Assembly (NCBI GenBank): GCA_963737265.1
Contig: CAVTRY010000013.1
Span: 352,001-416,000, forward strand
Length of the DNA: 64,000 nucleotides
Source of the DNA: an uncultured delta proteobacterium
GTDB lineage: Bacteria > Myxococcota_A > Polyangia > Fen-1088
Direction of reading: 5' to 3'
Shown here piece after piece: positions 27,719 to 40,347 of the stretch (positions within the stretch are counted from its first letter, which is position 1; each line of letters starts with the position of its first letter). The position numbers and the translations under genes are program-made. Under the pieces are notes generated by a model that worked only from the letters and a program-made list of their open reading frames with translations, had not been told where the DNA came from and searched no databases.

Positions 27719-27752
27719 GCGGCCCTGGGGCCGATGAAGGCGCCAGGGCCGC
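27719..27752. terminator. Hairpin between convergent genes
   Basis: GCGGCCCTGG...CCAGGGCCGC with an A run on its left side. Confidence 0.6.
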
Positions 27753-27786
27753 GTTGGGTTTCTAGGCTAGTTGGCTGCTGCGGCTG

Positions 27787-30691
27787 TTAGAACCGGGCGA
27801 TGGCGAACTGGCCGGCGTGGTTGACGACGGCCCAGGCGGTGTTGGTGGCGGGGTCGACGCCGAAGGTGCCGAGCCGGTAGCTGACGTTCCAGGCGCCGAG
27901 CACGAAGGCCGGCGTTCCGCCCACGTTCTGCGCGACGGCGCTGGTCCAGTTGCCGGTGCTGTCCTGCGTGGCCAAGCCGAAGCCGCCGCTGACCAGGGTC
28001 GCATCGCTGACGGCGCTGCGGTCGAACGACATCGACAGGGCGATGGTGTCGCCGCTGGCTGCTGCCGACATCCGCCGTGCCCCACAGGTTCATAATGGCG
28101 CTGGAGGTGGCGCAGGTGGCGGCGCTCCAGCCGATGTCCACGGCATGGGTAAGCGCGCGGTTAATGTAGTCCTTCGCGGCGCTGGTATTCGTGCCAGCGA
28201 GGAACTGCGCCGTCGTGCCGGCGAAGGTGAAGGGCGTGGTCGGGTAGGAAGCTCCCTCGGCAACCAGGATCTCGGTCCCGTTCTGGCTGTAGCCGAAGGT
28301 CTGCTTCTTGGCGAAGGTGAAGTTCGGGGTGACGTTGATAGGATAGGCGGCGTTCCCGGTACCCATCGGGTAGTTCGCGTCCGACTGCCAGGCGCCGTGC
28401 GTGTCGGAGTAGAAGTCCACCGTCACGTTCGCCCCATCCACGGTGAAGATGTAGTAACCGACCGTGTAGAGCTCTTGCGCCACGGGAGTCTCGCGCACCT
28501 TCTGGCCGAACCAGTTCGCGCTCGTGACGGCCGCAGGCGTGTAGAACTTGCTGCTGTCCGAGGAGCCGATGAGCTCGTGCACGTTCGACAGTCCGTCGGG
28601 GCTGGCGACGATCGAGTGCTGGTTTATGTGGTCGTGGCCGGCCATGAAGTACTTGACGTTGTTGGCGTTCAGGCTGGCGTAGAAGGCATTCTGCATGGCC
28701 GGGTTGGCGTTGGTGTAACCCTGGAACATGGTGTCCTGGTGGCTCTCGGCCATGAGCGGCTGGTGCGTATACACGAAGGCATGGTCGGTGCCGCGCGTGG
28801 TCTTGTCGAGCCGGCTGCTGATCCACGGCTGCTGTTGCGCGACCGAGTAGCCGAAGTCGTAGCCCGCGGCGGAGATGTCCACGCTCGGAGTCACCCAGGG
28901 ATCGACGATGACGAAGCGGGCGTTGTTGTAGTCGAACGAGTAGCTCATACCCTTGAGCTCACTGGCCATATTGGGAGGATCACCGGCGTTGTTGCCGGGG
29001 CTGCTGAAGTTGGTGGCGCCGAAGGTGTTGGAGAGGCCTTGCGTCTGCGGGTAGAGCGACTGCAGCACCGGGATGGCGAATTGGTTGCCCGTGCCGTACG
29101 TCTCGTGGTTACCACGCATCGGGAAGAAGCCGATGCCGGCGTTGAGAAGCTGCTGGGCGGCCTGGGCGCGCACGGTCTCGTCGGCGTCGTTGCCGGTGTC
29201 GGCGAGGTCACCGACCTGGATGACGAACTTGACACCCGCGGCGATAAACTGCGGGTTGAGCTGGTCGATGATCGACACCGAGACGGTGGTCGGGTTCTGA
29301 CCCGCCGGATCCGTGGTCGTCCACTGCGTATCCGACATCACGCCGAACTTCCACGCTGTGGAAGCGGGAGGCGTGCAGGTCGCCGCCAAGGCCGCCGTCT
29401 TGACGGCGAAGTCGTACTGAACGCTGCCGCCCACGGCGTTGGTCGCGATCACCGAGACGGTGAAGGTGGCGCTCGGCGTGGCCGGGGCCGTCCACACGAC
29501 CTGCGACGAGCCGGCGCTGTTGATTTGGTTGGCCAGCGTGCCGGCGGCGGCGACCCACGCGAAGGTGAGGGCGCTGCCTTGCGGATCGGTCGCGGCGACC
29601 GAGAAATTCACGCTGCCATTGACGTCGACCACTCTGACCGACTGGACGCTGTCGGTGACGGACGGAGCCTGAATGGCGACGGGCTTGCCAATCGGCAGGG
29701 TCGTCTGACCGGTGGTCGTGCCACCCTTGCCATCGCTGACCGTCACGGCGAGGTCGCAGCTGGTGTCGATAGAGCCGACTGGGAGGGCGACGCTGGTCAC
29801 GGCCGCCTGGGCTGAGAAGACCGCGCTCGCGCACGAGCTGGTCCATGCGTACGACAGGGCATCGCCGTCCGCATCGCTCGCGGTGACGGTGAGGGAAGTG
29901 GGCGAACCGAGCACGATGTAGCCCGGGGACGCGACGAGATCCGTGACCACTGGCCAGGTGTTGAAGCTGACATTGACGTCGGCCTGGCCGCGGCCGTTGC
30001 TGGCCGAGACGTGGACGACGATAGAGGCCGAGGTCGAGGCGCCGTGGTTATCGGTCACGGCGAGGACGAGGGTCTGGTCTCCCTCGGTGGCTGGCGCGGT
30101 CCAGTTGGTCGTGGCGGCGGTGGGGGCCGAGAAACCATCGCTGGCCGGGCTGACCGACCACGCGAAGGCGACGGTGTCGCCGGCGTTGGGGTCGTGCGCG
30201 GTCGCCTTGGCAGTGATGGTGGCGCCGGGAACGATGTTGGTCGACGACAGGACCAAGGAATCGATCACGGGCACGGCATTCTTGAAGGGCACCCCTGTCG
30301 CGGTCTGCTGGGCGGTGATGATGACCGTGGTCGTCTGATCCTTGAGGATGGCGACGCCAGAGGTCGTGCCCGCGTAATCGGGGTTGGCCGACTTGTCGAG
30401 GGCGCTGACGGTGAAGACGTAGTTGCTGCCCACGGGCAGCGAGCCGATGAGGGCGCCCCAGGCGCCGGTGCTTCCGCGCGCGGAAAGCTGGATGGAAAGT
30501 GGTGCCGCAAGAGCGGGGCCGCTCACCGTGGCGACGACGCTCTGCACGTTGAGCGCGCCGAGCGCGCGAACGCTGAGGTCGGCGCCGCCGGTGCTGGCGG
30601 AGTCGGCATGGTTACCACAGCCCGCGAGAAGCGCGGCTGCGGCGAAAGCTCCGAGCGGGAGCAGGAAAGGCTGCGAGGGGCGATGGAACAT
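27787..30691 (-). CDS. Large lipoprotein: Ig/PKD-like repeats plus calcineurin-like metallophosphoesterase; frameshift near 28070
   Basis: Lipobox LAGC; SDTQ, GDL, RGNHE, THQP, AGHDH motifs; C-terminus in ORF 27787-28071. Confidence 0.85.
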
Positions 30692-31019
30692 GGAGGACCT
30701 CCTTGTTGGTCGCGCGCACCCTACGATTTCAATTCCATACAAAGCGCGACGGTCGTGTTACGGAATTTCGTACGCTGAATACGACTAATGGAGCTTACGG
30801 GCGGTTTTGGCGAGAAACACCTGCCAAGGCCGGCAGGCGCAAAACCCATTTCGCTCGTGCCGCCCTCGGTCGTAATGCGCGTTGGCTGCGCCGTGTCCAA
30901 CGTCGAACCCATTGCTATTGCGCCATTTTTCGCGTGCAGAACAGCGTTGCTTGCCCGTTGTGCTCTGGTCCACCAGGGGCTCCTGGCGCACTTCGCGACT
31001 GCGTGGCAGCCTTGGGGCC

Positions 31020-31265
31020 ATGCGAACAATTAAGCGCTACGCGAACCGAAAACTCTACGACGTCCAAGAAAGTCACTACGTGACCCTCGACAAGCTTGCG
31101 AGTCTTGTACGTCAGGGCGAGGAAATCCGGGTGGTCGACCACGTTGCCGGCCGTGACCTGACCGCAGCCACACTCGCTCAAATCATATTCGAGGAAGAGA
31201 AGCGCGGGGCAGGACCGCCAGCGGCTGACCTGTGCCGAATCATCACGACCGGACAGATTCCATAG
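31020..31265 (+). CDS. PhaR-like PHA-regulator DNA-binding domain protein
   Basis: IKRYANRKLYD...YVTL...GEEIRVVD...DLT..TLAQII. Confidence 0.88.
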   Translation: MRTIKRYANRKLYDVQESHYVTLDKLASLVRQGEEIRVVDHVAGRDLTAATLAQIIFEEEKRGAGPPAADLCRIITTGQIP

Positions 31266-31350
31266 CGGCGGTTCCTTTTCCGACCATCCTATCGTCGCCT
31301 ATCGTCGCGAGGTTGCTGCTCGCCTCGGTAGTGCGCTGCTATCCTTCCTG

Positions 31351-33390
31351 CTATCCTGGCGGCTCTTGGCCGTAGATCAGCGTGCCGTCTCGATAGACCG
31401 GGATCTTGGCGGTCTGCGCCGGGGTATTTGCGTTCGATGAAACACCATCAAACGACCAATCGTTGCTCGGGTCAAAGTACGACGTGTTCTGCGGGGCCGC
31501 GATGCGGAACTGCGCCTCCTTCTTGAAAGCCGACTGGCCCCCTGGGTAGATGAGCGTTCCGGTGAAGTCGAGTGTCACGTAATAGATCGTTTGCGAGCCA
31601 TTCCAGGCAAACGGCCCGCTAAGTGTCGCCCCTTGGTTGTAGTTGCTCGTGAGCGTGATGTCGGCGGCCGAGCCTCCGTTGGCGAGGAACTGTGAGATGT
31701 CGATGAAGTATCGAAACGAAAGCTTGTCGTCCGCCCGTGCGGGCCAGCCAGATTTGTTGTTCAGCAGGGCCCTGATTTCGATGAAGTTCGGTCCCTGCGC
31801 ATTGACGGCGGCCTCGACGTAATATTCGTCATTGGTCGGCGTTTCCATTGCGGTGAGATCCGCGACGCTCTGTCCGCCCAGTTCTACCGTCAGCTTGGCG
31901 AGTACGCCGACGAATCCGGCATTGTAGTCGCAAGCGGGTTCGTTCGAGACGTAGTTGTCAATTGTGTCCGTGTACGAGTCATCCTGGCCCGGCCCTCCCA
32001 CGAGCGCGCCGATCAGCAAATGTCGGGGGGCGGCGGGAATCGTCATTGAATCCTCCCAGGAGCTGTCCGCGGTCCTGTGGTGAGGATGGAGGGGATAGCT
32101 CGGCCCGAACCCGACGAGGAAGCTCCTTCCCGTGCTTCCGAGGGCGTAGTCCACCTGGGACCTGGCGAAAGCCCTGTAGACATCGACTCTCCCCTGGGTG
32201 CAGAGCTTGCTGTCAGCCCAAACGCTGGCGAGAAACGCCGTCGCCATTGCGTATCTGAGCGGGCCCCACGAGGATAGCCACGCGAGTCCGGCGGGGGTGT
32301 ATGCGATGCGGTTTCCTTGATAGCCGACAGTCCAGTAGTCGAGGTTCCGTTCCACCGACTCGCTGTAGAGGGACTTGCCGGTGATTCTTGCCAAGAGCAG
32401 CTGGGCGCCGTAGTGAACGTCGTCCCAGCATTGGCCCCATGCATAGGCGATGGTCGAGGTCTGCTGCACGGTACCCCATTGGGGCACGTATTGTTCGGCC
32501 TTGCTGAGGTAGGTCTTGTCGCCGGTCGCGAGGTACAGCCAAACCGCAGCCCACGAGAGATCGTCATAGAAGCCGCTCGAGGAGTAGTAGCCATTGGCTG
32601 CCGTGTAGCCGGCGTCGCTTTTCGTGGTTTCCGCGAAGTCGTACAAGGACTCGGCGTGCGAGATACACTGGGCGGCGTACGCCGGATCTGAGCCCTTGAA
32701 GACAGCCGCCGTCGCCGCAAGGGCGGCCGCTGTCTCGCCCAACACCGCCGATCCGCTGCTGCTCTTGGTCAGCTCGAACGACGGGCGCTTCATCTGCATG
32801 ACCTCGGCCGGCCCCCACCATGCGTGGTCCAGCCCGGGATCGCCCACCTGGTAGTAGTAGACATTGGGACTCGGGTGACACTTCATGAGATAGTCGGCTG
32901 CCCACTTGATGTTCTCCAGAATCCTGGGCAGCTCCCCGGTCTTGTCGTAGGCGCTCGGGTATTCGTAGACGCTCCAGGCCAGCATGGCCACCGAATACGC
33001 CATCGGCAGGTTGAACTTGACGTGGTCGCCCGCATCGTGCCATCCACCGGTGAGATCGACCCCGACGTCTGCACCGTCGTTCAGACCAGAATCTCCTCGC
33101 CAGTTGTTGCGCTGGCCGGACGGCAGTTTGCCCGAGCGCTGAAACTCGTAGAACATGATCGCCTTCTGCAACGCTTCGGCATAGGAGTACGGCCCAGCCG
33201 CCCCCGTGTCGCCTCGGCTGCCAGAGCCCCCTCCGCCAGCATCGGTGTCGGCACCAGCGCCGGCGGTCCCTCTGGAGCAGGCTGGGACGAGAGTCATGAC
33301 GGCCAGAACCGCGGCGCCGACTGAATGCAGGTGCCGTTGGGAGTTGGTTCTTGTCGATCGAAGGCGGACAGGATGGCAAAGCCTAGTCAT
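31351..33390 (-). CDS. GH9 cellulase with CBM3, lipoprotein
   Basis: [39 protein letters not shown]; CBM3c-like tail; start uncertain. Confidence 0.92.
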   Translation of the reverse strand: MTRLCHPVRLRSTRTNSQRHLHSVGAAVLAVMTLVPACSRGTAGAGADTDAGGGGSGSRGDTGAAGPYSYAEALQKAIMFYEFQRSGKLPSGQRNNWRGDSGLNDGADVGVDLTGGWHDAGDHVKFNLPMAYSVAMLAWSVYEYPSAYDKTGELPRILENIKWAADYLMKCHPSPNVYYYQVGDPGLDHAWWGPAEVMQMKRPSFELTKSSSGSAVLGETAAALAATAAVFKGSDPAYAAQCISHAESLYDFAETTKSDAGYTAANGYYSSSGFYDDLSWAAVWLYLATGDKTYLSKAEQYVPQWGTVQQTSTIAYAWGQCWDDVHYGAQLLLARITGKSLYSESVERNLDYWTVGYQGNRIAYTPAGLAWLSSWGPLRYAMATAFLASVWADSKLCTQGRVDVYRAFARSQVDYALGSTGRSFLVGFGPSYPLHPHHRTADSSWEDSMTIPAAPRHLLIGALVGGPGQDDSYTDTIDNYVSNEPACDYNAGFVGVLAKLTVELGGQSVADLTAMETPTNDEYYVEAAVNAQGPNFIEIRALLNNKSGWPARADDKLSFRYFIDISQFLANGGSAADITLTSNYNQGATLSGPFAWNGSQTIYYVTLDFTGTLIYPGGQSAFKKEAQFRIAAPQNTSYFDPSNDWSFDGVSSNANTPAQTAKIPVYRDGTLIYGQEPPG

Positions 33391-33427
33391 CAAGGGCACA
33401 TTCTTACACTTTTTCTTGGACAGTTCT

Positions 33428-34582
33428 TCAGCGCTGGCAGACGCGCACGTAGTCGACGATGGTGGTCTGCGGGAAGGTCGTGGTACCGTCGGGACTGCCC
33501 GGCCAGGTGCCACCCACGGCGAAGTTGAGCAGGATGAAGAAGGGCCGGTCGAAGACCCAGGTGTTGCCGCTGCCGATGTCGGCGGGCGTCTTCGTCGAGT
33601 AGAGCGTACCGTCGACGTACCAGCGGATGACGTCGGTCTCCCACTCGATGGCGAAGACGTGGAAGTCGTCGGCGAACTTGCCGCTTCCGGGCAGGGTGAA
33701 GCTGGCCGTCGGACCCGCGGCGCCCGCATAGCCCGGGCCGTGCATGGTCCCGTGCACTATGTTCGGCTCCTTGCCGATGTTCTCCATGACGTCGATCTCG
33801 CCACACGCCGGCCATGGGCTGGTGCCGATGTCGTCGCCGAGCAGCCAGAAGGCGGGCCACACGCCCTGGCCGTAAGGGATCTTGATGCGCGACTCGATGT
33901 GGCCGTGGGTCCATGTCGACTTGCCCTGGGTCTTCAAGCGCGCCGAGGTATAGTTGAAGCCGCCGTAGCTCTCTTGCCTGGCGGTGATGACCAGGTTGCC
34001 GTTGCCGTCGAGCACGCCGTTCTGTGCGCGGTAGTACTCGAGCTCGGAATTGCCCCACCCGCCCGAGCCGTTGCCGGTCTCATAGACCCACTTGCTGCTG
34101 TCGGCATTCGCGCCGGCGGTGCCATCGAAATCGTCGCTCCACACGAGATTCCAGCCGGCCGGGCAAGGACCCGCGGTGCCGTCCGCATCCGGCGACGTGT
34201 CCGCGCCACGGGCAAGGTCGGCGTTCCCGCTACCGTCGTTGCCGATGCTCACATCGGGATCGGCATCCTGCGCACCGGTTCCGATCGCGCCGCCGGCACC
34301 AGCGAATCCGCCGGTGCCAGCGCTCGCGTCGCGGCCGGTGCTGCCGCCGCCGCCGGTCGCGCCGCCACCAGTTTTGCCGGCGGTGCCCTGGGTGCCTCCC
34401 GCGGCGATACTGCCGCCGCTTCCCACCGCGCCGCCCGTCGCCGACACGCCACCCGTGCCCGTTGCCCCGCTAGTCGCCGGCGCGCCGCCGGTTCCGGACG
34501 TGCCACCACCCTTGCTGCTGCCGCAAGCCAGAAGCATGAACACGAACCCGAGCCGCGCCATCGAGAGTCGCCGCATGTGCAT
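33428..34582 (-). CDS. GH16 beta-glucanase, lipoprotein with Gly-rich linker
   Basis: WPAFW, GEIDVME, LNFAVGG; lipobox LLAC. Confidence 0.92.
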   Translation of the reverse strand: MHMRRLSMARLGFVFMLLACGSSKGGGTSGTGGAPATSGATGTGGVSATGGAVGSGGSIAAGGTQGTAGKTGGGATGGGGSTGRDASAGTGGFAGAGGAIGTGAQDADPDVSIGNDGSGNADLARGADTSPDADGTAGPCPAGWNLVWSDDFDGTAGANADSSKWVYETGNGSGGWGNSELEYYRAQNGVLDGNGNLVITARQESYGGFNYTSARLKTQGKSTWTHGHIESRIKIPYGQGVWPAFWLLGDDIGTSPWPACGEIDVMENIGKEPNIVHGTMHGPGYAGAAGPTASFTLPGSGKFADDFHVFAIEWETDVIRWYVDGTLYSTKTPADIGSGNTWVFDRPFFILLNFAVGGTWPGSPDGTTTFPQTTIVDYVRVCQR

Positions 34583-34645
34583 ATTCAAGCAGAATGAGCA
34601 CAAAGCGTCGTGACTGGCAACCTCGCGCCAAACAACCCCAGCCAT

Positions 34646-35196
34646 TCATCGAGCGAGTCGGCCGACCGCGCTTTGTAGTGCTTGCTCGAAGGCGCGAAAG
34701 CTTGGCAGATCACGCAAAGAAACGAGATCGACGTTTGCGCCGAAGAACGCCTGAAAGTCGCGGAGTGTGCGAAGGTTGGCCCCCAGTTTCTTCAAGATGG
34801 TGTTCACTTCGGTCTTCGGGTCGGGGAGCATCTCCGGCTTAGGGGGAAGACTGGGGTCCTGCGACCCACCCAGCAATCGATTGAAGACTTTGCTGTCGCT
34901 GAGCATCCACGCCTGGTTGCACCCTCTCCACCAGTGCGCGAGCTTCATCGCCATTCGCGTCCCCGTGAATGGAATATCGTGCAATCGTTCCAGTGGTCGT
35001 GCACGGCAGAAGCGATGCGTTCGGCGCGATTCGAAGGAGCTGGAGGTGGTGCGTCGATAGGTACCGTGTCGGCAATCTCGGGAAGACTCGGTAGCACACG
35101 TGGCGCCAGCTCTTGGAGAAGGCGCGTGATGACGGGAACCAAGAACCTATAGTCGCTGGGGCCCTCGGCGTAGAGACCGGCTCGGATGTAGATCAT
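34646..35196 (-). pseudogene. DUF4276-like (TOPRIM-type) protein, broken
   Basis: GLYAEGPSDYRFL N-terminal motif; AWMLSD, PDPK and LPSFRAF in a second frame. Confidence 0.7.
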
Positions 35197-35480
35197 GGCC
35201 GTTCATCCACCCTCGCCGTCTCCAGCAGTCGTTCTACCTCGCGACGAGAAGCGACGGTCGCTCCACGGTCAGTAGCCGTTTCACCCGCGACATGTCGCAT
35301 TCTTGTAAATCGTCGCACCGAGTCCTGTTCCGTTCGCGTGATCTTGTCTGCCAAGATGATCGCACTTGGCCGCTTGCCGAGAACGGACAGGACAACAGGC
35401 GAATGGGTGTTGAGAATGATCTGTGCCGGCAGCTCATCGGCGGGTTCCGTCTCGGCGACAAGCTTGCCGAGCAGCGCGGT
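35193..35480 (-). pseudogene. C-terminal remnant of an ABC/AAA_21-type ATPase
   Basis: QIILNTHSPVVLS H-loop; ATGA overlap with the DUF4276-like gene; Walker motifs missing. Confidence 0.7.
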
Positions 35481-35635
35481 CGATGCGCCTATACAACCAT
35501 GACGGCTGGGCTGATTCCCCCCCGCCTACTCCGCGGTTTGCTACCCGTTTGCTACCTGAGGAGCCCAGGAACGACTGCTTGGCCTTGGTGTCGGTCGGGA
35601 AAACCTAGTCAAGTCGCCAACTTGTAGCGGTAGAT

Positions 35636-35711
35636 TGGTCGGGGCGGCCGGATTTGAACCGACGACATCCTGCTCCCAAAGCAGGCGCGCTACCAACTGC
35701 GCTACGCCCCG
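35636..35711 (-). tRNA. tRNA-Pro(TGG)
   Basis: CGGGGCGTAGCGCAGTTGGTAGCGCG-CCTGC-TTTGGGA-GCAGG...GGTTCAAATCC...CGCCCCGACCA, 76 nt with CCA. Confidence 0.97.
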
Positions 35712-35794
35712 ATCTCCCGCCGGGACCGGCAAGAGGGCGCCGATACTAGCAGAATCGAATCGAGTTGCTCACCTGGTTGTCTTTTCTTGTCGCT

Positions 35795-36961
35795 TTAGAA
35801 GTTGGGGCTTCCGCGCAGGCGCCACGCGACCTGGACCATGGCGACCACCATGAGAGGGCCGGCGATAAGCAGGGCGTGTACGAGGGTGAGCTTGGGTAAC
35901 CCAAGAAGCGCGTAGATCAAGAAGGCGAGCACGAAGAAGTCGCGTCGTCCCAGGCTGTAGAGCGCGATGAGTGGATTGCCTTTGCCTTGGGACAAGCGGG
36001 CTTTCATGTTGCTGCGGCCAGTGATGCGCCAGCGCACTTTGATGATCTCGCCGCCCTCGCCCTGGCGTCGAATTTCGTTCAGGGCCACGGTGTCGTACAC
36101 CAGGTGCATCACCGACGCTGCCAGCCCGGCGCACAGAACCAAAGGCGAGCCGCCTGCGCGATAGAGCCCGACGCCGATGGCGGCGAAGATGACGACGTTG
36201 AGACCATCGTCGACGATGGTGTCCAGCCATTCGCCGACGGCGCTCTGCTGGAAGCGCACGCGGGCAAGCTCGCCGTCGCAACCGTCGAGGATCGACTGCA
36301 CATGGGCCAGGAAAAAGCCCCAGATCATGAGCGAGTAATTGCCGCTGGCGATCAGACCGGCGCCCACCAGGCCCACTGCCGCGGCGCCGATCGTGATGTG
36401 GTTGGGCGTGAGGGGCAAAAAGCAGAGAAGGTGTCGGGTAATGAAGAACGAAACGGGCTTGTTGAGGTAGCGGGCGACAAAGCCTAGATCGCCGCGCATC
36501 AGCTCGGCGAAGACGGCGCTCTCGGCGCGCTTGCGTGAGGCCTCGTCGACGACTTTCATGCCGCCTTCGAGCGAACGGTTCGAAGGACGAACTTCGTTGG
36601 CGCCGATCTCGAAAGCGGCAGCCTGCTCCCTGCGCAAGGCCGCGAGGTCGTCGGGCCTTGGCACCCGTCGCACCAGCACGGATGGTGGCAGATACTTGGG
36701 CAGCGGGCAGCTTCCGTCGGAGGCGATGGTGATTGAGTGACCCATGCGATCGAGTTGCTTGATCGATCGTTCCAGCACGGACAGGCCAGCCACGCGCATG
36801 GTGGCGCCCACGACTTCGGCAACCCCGGCGCGTAGGAGCACTGCTCGCTTGGACGACGGCGGCTCCGTGCTCTCGACTGGTTGCTCCGGGAAGGAAGTTT
36901 TTACTGTCACTGGGACGACTCGTACGGGGGCGAGTTTGCCCGAGGCTGGCACAAAGTGCAC
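35795..36961 (-). CDS. CDP-alcohol phosphatidyltransferase family protein
   Basis: TPNHIT and DGCDGELAR...GEWLDTIVD signature; start uncertain. Confidence 0.9.
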   Translation of the reverse strand: MHFVPASGKLAPVRVVPVTVKTSFPEQPVESTEPPSSKRAVLLRAGVAEVVGATMRVAGLSVLERSIKQLDRMGHSITIASDGSCPLPKYLPPSVLVRRVPRPDDLAALRREQAAAFEIGANEVRPSNRSLEGGMKVVDEASRKRAESAVFAELMRGDLGFVARYLNKPVSFFITRHLLCFLPLTPNHITIGAAAVGLVGAGLIASGNYSLMIWGFFLAHVQSILDGCDGELARVRFQQSAVGEWLDTIVDDGLNVVIFAAIGVGLYRAGGSPLVLCAGLAASVMHLVYDTVALNEIRRQGEGGEIIKVRWRITGRSNMKARLSQGKGNPLIALYSLGRRDFFVLAFLIYALLGLPKLTLVHALLIAGPLMVVAMVQVAWRLRGSPNF

Positions 36962-36981
36962 GAACTACGCGCAGTAAAAGG

Positions 36982-37644
36982 CTAGTCCTCCGGCAGGTGC
37001 AGCATATTGTCGGGCAGGCCCGACCACCACGTCGCCTGGAAGCCGGCGAGCAGGGCAAGGAAATGAATATTGCCGTCCGGCATGACGTGAAAATCGACGA
37101 CTGGAGTGATTGCCCAACCTCCGGTTCGCTTCTTCTTGAACGGGAAGAGATCGTAGCTGGCGCCAAGTAGGAGATAGGAACCGCCGCCCCCACGCAGGGA
37201 TGTGTCGATCGCCTTGCTGTCGCTCACCATGACGAAGCCGATGCCGAAGCCGGTGTGGACGGAAAGATCTCGCCACACGAGGCAGCTTCCTTCCAGGGTG
37301 AGCCCGCCGATGGAACCTTTGTCGGAGCCCTTCGCGATGCCATCGGGCCGGTACTCGACGAGCAGGCCCAGTCCGAGTCGGCGTGTGATCAGCTGGCCGA
37401 TGCGGAAGGTTGCAGTGTAGCCGCCATAGATGCCGCGATCTTTGCCTTGTTCGTTGAGCTGGGCCGCGACGCCGGACGCGCCAAATCCGATCCAGTATCC
37501 CTGGCGTGAGCGCGGTTCTTCGAGGATGGGATGGGTGTCGTCCGCTTCGTCGGCATGGGCTGCGCGAAGACCGGTTCCGAGCAAAGCGGTGGCAAGGACG
37601 CCGAGCCAAACAAGTCGAGACTCTTGCGACATGAGGCGCCTCAT
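36982..37644 (-). CDS. Small outer-membrane beta-barrel-like protein
   Basis: Signal peptide, alternating amphipathic strands; overlaps the receptor stop. Confidence 0.7.
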   Translation of the reverse strand: MRRLMSQESRLVWLGVLATALLGTGLRAAHADEADDTHPILEEPRSRQGYWIGFGASGVAAQLNEQGKDRGIYGGYTATFRIGQLITRRLGLGLLVEYRPDGIAKGSDKGSIGGLTLEGSCLVWRDLSVHTGFGIGFVMVSDSKAIDTSLRGGGGSYLLLGASYDLFPFKKKRTGGWAITPVVDFHVMPDGNIHFLALLAGFQATWWSGLPDNMLHLPED

Positions 37645-40347
37645 CAGAGCTCCCCCCGCAGGCCGATGATGGGATAGATGGGAAAGCCAGTGCTGTACTG
37701 GGACTTTTGATAGTTGTAGTTGAATTCCGCCTGTTCAGGATTGGATCGGTCGGTCACGTTCTGAAGGTCCACATAGGCGTTGAAGATCCACTTGTTGTAG
37801 ATCCACTTCTTGTCGAGACGGATGTTCGAGCTGCGCGAACGCTGGCACTCGGGTGGAGTACTTGGCCCCGTAAATCGGCGAGTACGTGTCGGCCGAGGCA
37901 TTGTAGACAGAGCCAATCACGGGGGTCGTGGGATCGCCGCTCGTGTAGCGAAACCGGCCACCGATCTGCCAGTTGCGCGGTAGTTGGTAAGAGCCCAGAA
38001 CAGTGAGAATGTAGGGTTGATCGTATTCAAAGAGACGCCAGGCGGTGGAGCCCGAATCGAGGCGCTCGGAGCGCATCATGGTGAAAGCGATCCAGCCGAC
38101 GAATTTCTTAGTCAGCTCGTGCTTCGCGACGAACTCCAAACCATAGGCGCGACCCTTGCCGTTGTTGTCGTAGCGCGTGGCCGGATTGCCGCCATCGGCA
38201 AGAGCCGGTGTGGGACTGACCATGCTCTCGAGGTCTTTGTAGAACCCCGTGGCGTCCAGGGTGATGAACGAGCGCGGCTTCCACTCGACGCCAGCCGAAT
38301 AGTGAATGGCCCACTCGCACTTCAGGGCTGGATTGCCGAATACTTTATCCGTCTGGTCGATGCTGGGCGGCTGGTAGAAAAGACCTATGCCACCCTTAAG
38401 CGTCACCTGTTTGGTGAGATCGTAGCGCGTGGTAAAGCGCGGGGCGGCCGTAAATTGCGAGACCTGGGAGTAGTAGTCGAGGCGAATGCCGGGCAAAAGC
38501 AGCCACTGCGGAAGCGGCTTTAGCTCTAGTTCGGCGAAAACGCCGGGGGCGAAGTAGTTCGCACCGGAGATCTGTTCATGGAGGACATTGCCCAGATCGT
38601 TTACCGTGAAGGTCTGACCCTCCTGAGGCGGGGGCGGAACGTTGAACAGCCCGCTGATCCGTCCATACAAAAAGTCGATGCCGGTCATCAGGGCCAGTCT
38701 TTTCGACCATTCATAGCGGGCAGTGTCGCGGAGATTCGTCAGGTCGACGGTGTCGTCGAAAATGAAGTTGAAGAACTGGTTGTTGTTGGTGTCGCGTCCT
38801 TGGGAAAGTCGAATCGTGTTGGTGAACTGATCGCTGGGGATATATTTGTAGGTCGCAAGGACGCGATAGAAAGAAGTCGCCAATTGAAGCTGATTGCCGA
38901 CCACCTGCGTGCCGGCGACGCCAGGGTTCTTCAAGATGATTCTGAAAGCGTCGTCGGAACCGAAGACAAAGAGTCGAAGATCGTGGGCCGGAGCCGGGCG
39001 ATAGGTGGCCAGCAATTGATAGTCGTAGTAGCGGGGCAGCTGGATGGCATTGATGGGAGCATTCGCGGGCAGCACGGCATTGATGATGTAGTCGATGTAA
39101 CTCCGGCGTGCAGCGATGGCCACCGCTGCCTTATCTCCCAAAGGAGCCTCGAAATAGAAGCCGCCATCGAGCAAGTTGACGTCGATGTAACCGCCCGCCC
39201 TTTTGGGCTTGAGCTTCTTGGTGTCGACATCGATGAGGCCTGCGGTCGTGCCGCCGTAGTAAGGCGAAAAGTTGCCGGGATAGAACTCCAGGCTGTCGAT
39301 CATGCCGGTGGGCAGGACGCTGCGAATACCGCCAAAGTGGTAGACGTTGGGAATCGCAGTGCCGTCGACAAAGTAGAGCGTGTCGGTCGGGGCGGATCCG
39401 CGAATGATGATTTCACCCGATCCGGCGGCGGCGCGGGCCACCCCGGCGAAGTTCTGCACGACCGCCAGGGGGTCGCCCATGGCGCCGGGCAGTTTGTCGA
39501 TGACGGCGCTTTCGATGACCGTGCGGCTGACCTCTTTGCGCTCGCGCTTGGCCTCGACCACGACGTCGAAGGGATTGTACGAGCCGCGCTCGAGGTAGTA
39601 GGTGACCTGCGTGCGCTCGCCTTTGTTGATTTCCTCGCTGGTGCGAAAGGGATAGTACGCAGGCGGCTCGATGCGCACTTTCCAGGTGCCCGGCCCGAGG
39701 TCGAAGAAGTGGAATGTCCCCTTGGCGTCGGTGTGATCTTCGAAGCCGACTGTCGTTTCGCCTTCGCTTCGGTAGACCGTGACCAGGAAGCCCGAGAGCG
39801 GCAGGCGCGTTCCGCGTTCGACCAGCACGCCGGTAAAATTCTCGACCGGGACGGGCTTGGGCTTTTCCACCGCGACGACCTTCTCCGGTTCCGGCTTGGG
39901 CGGTAGCGGAGCCAGAAATTTGAAAGTGTAGATGATTTGAACCGCGGTCGGTTTGCCGGCGACCTCCGCGGGCTCGAAGCCGAGGTCGTAGGCCGCAGTC
40001 AGCGCCGCTTCTTCGAAGCCGAGCCCGGTCGGCGTCTTGGGTTCGAGGACGGCTGCGCCGACGACGGATCCCTTGTCGTCGAGATCGACGGCCAGCGTGA
40101 TCTGGAGGTCGCCCGCCTTGCCCACGGCTTCCTTGGGGTAGGCGACCTTGGCTTGCCGGACCAGCTTGGGCTGTTTGCTGAGCTGATCGGCGTCGATAGA
40201 TGAGGCGGCATTCTTTCCCGCGATTGAGCTCTCGCCCGCGCGCTCGGCGGCAGCCTTCGTGTCGTTGTTCTCGCTTTCTTCGGCCGCGTTGACCGAGGCG
40301 GCAAAAAGGACGATCAGCGCAAGGACTGCGAGGCGCGCCAGCCTCAC
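37644..40347 (-). CDS. TonB_C-fused TonB-dependent receptor; frameshift near 37825
   Basis: Same architecture as 9784-12432; C-terminus (IRLDKKW...DLQNVTDR...GLRGEL) in ORF 37644-37916. Confidence 0.9.

Noticed and set aside
34600-35635. Duplicated tRNA 3' end marking the far boundary of the island
   Set aside because: No second copy seen on manual reading; the boundary is left undefined
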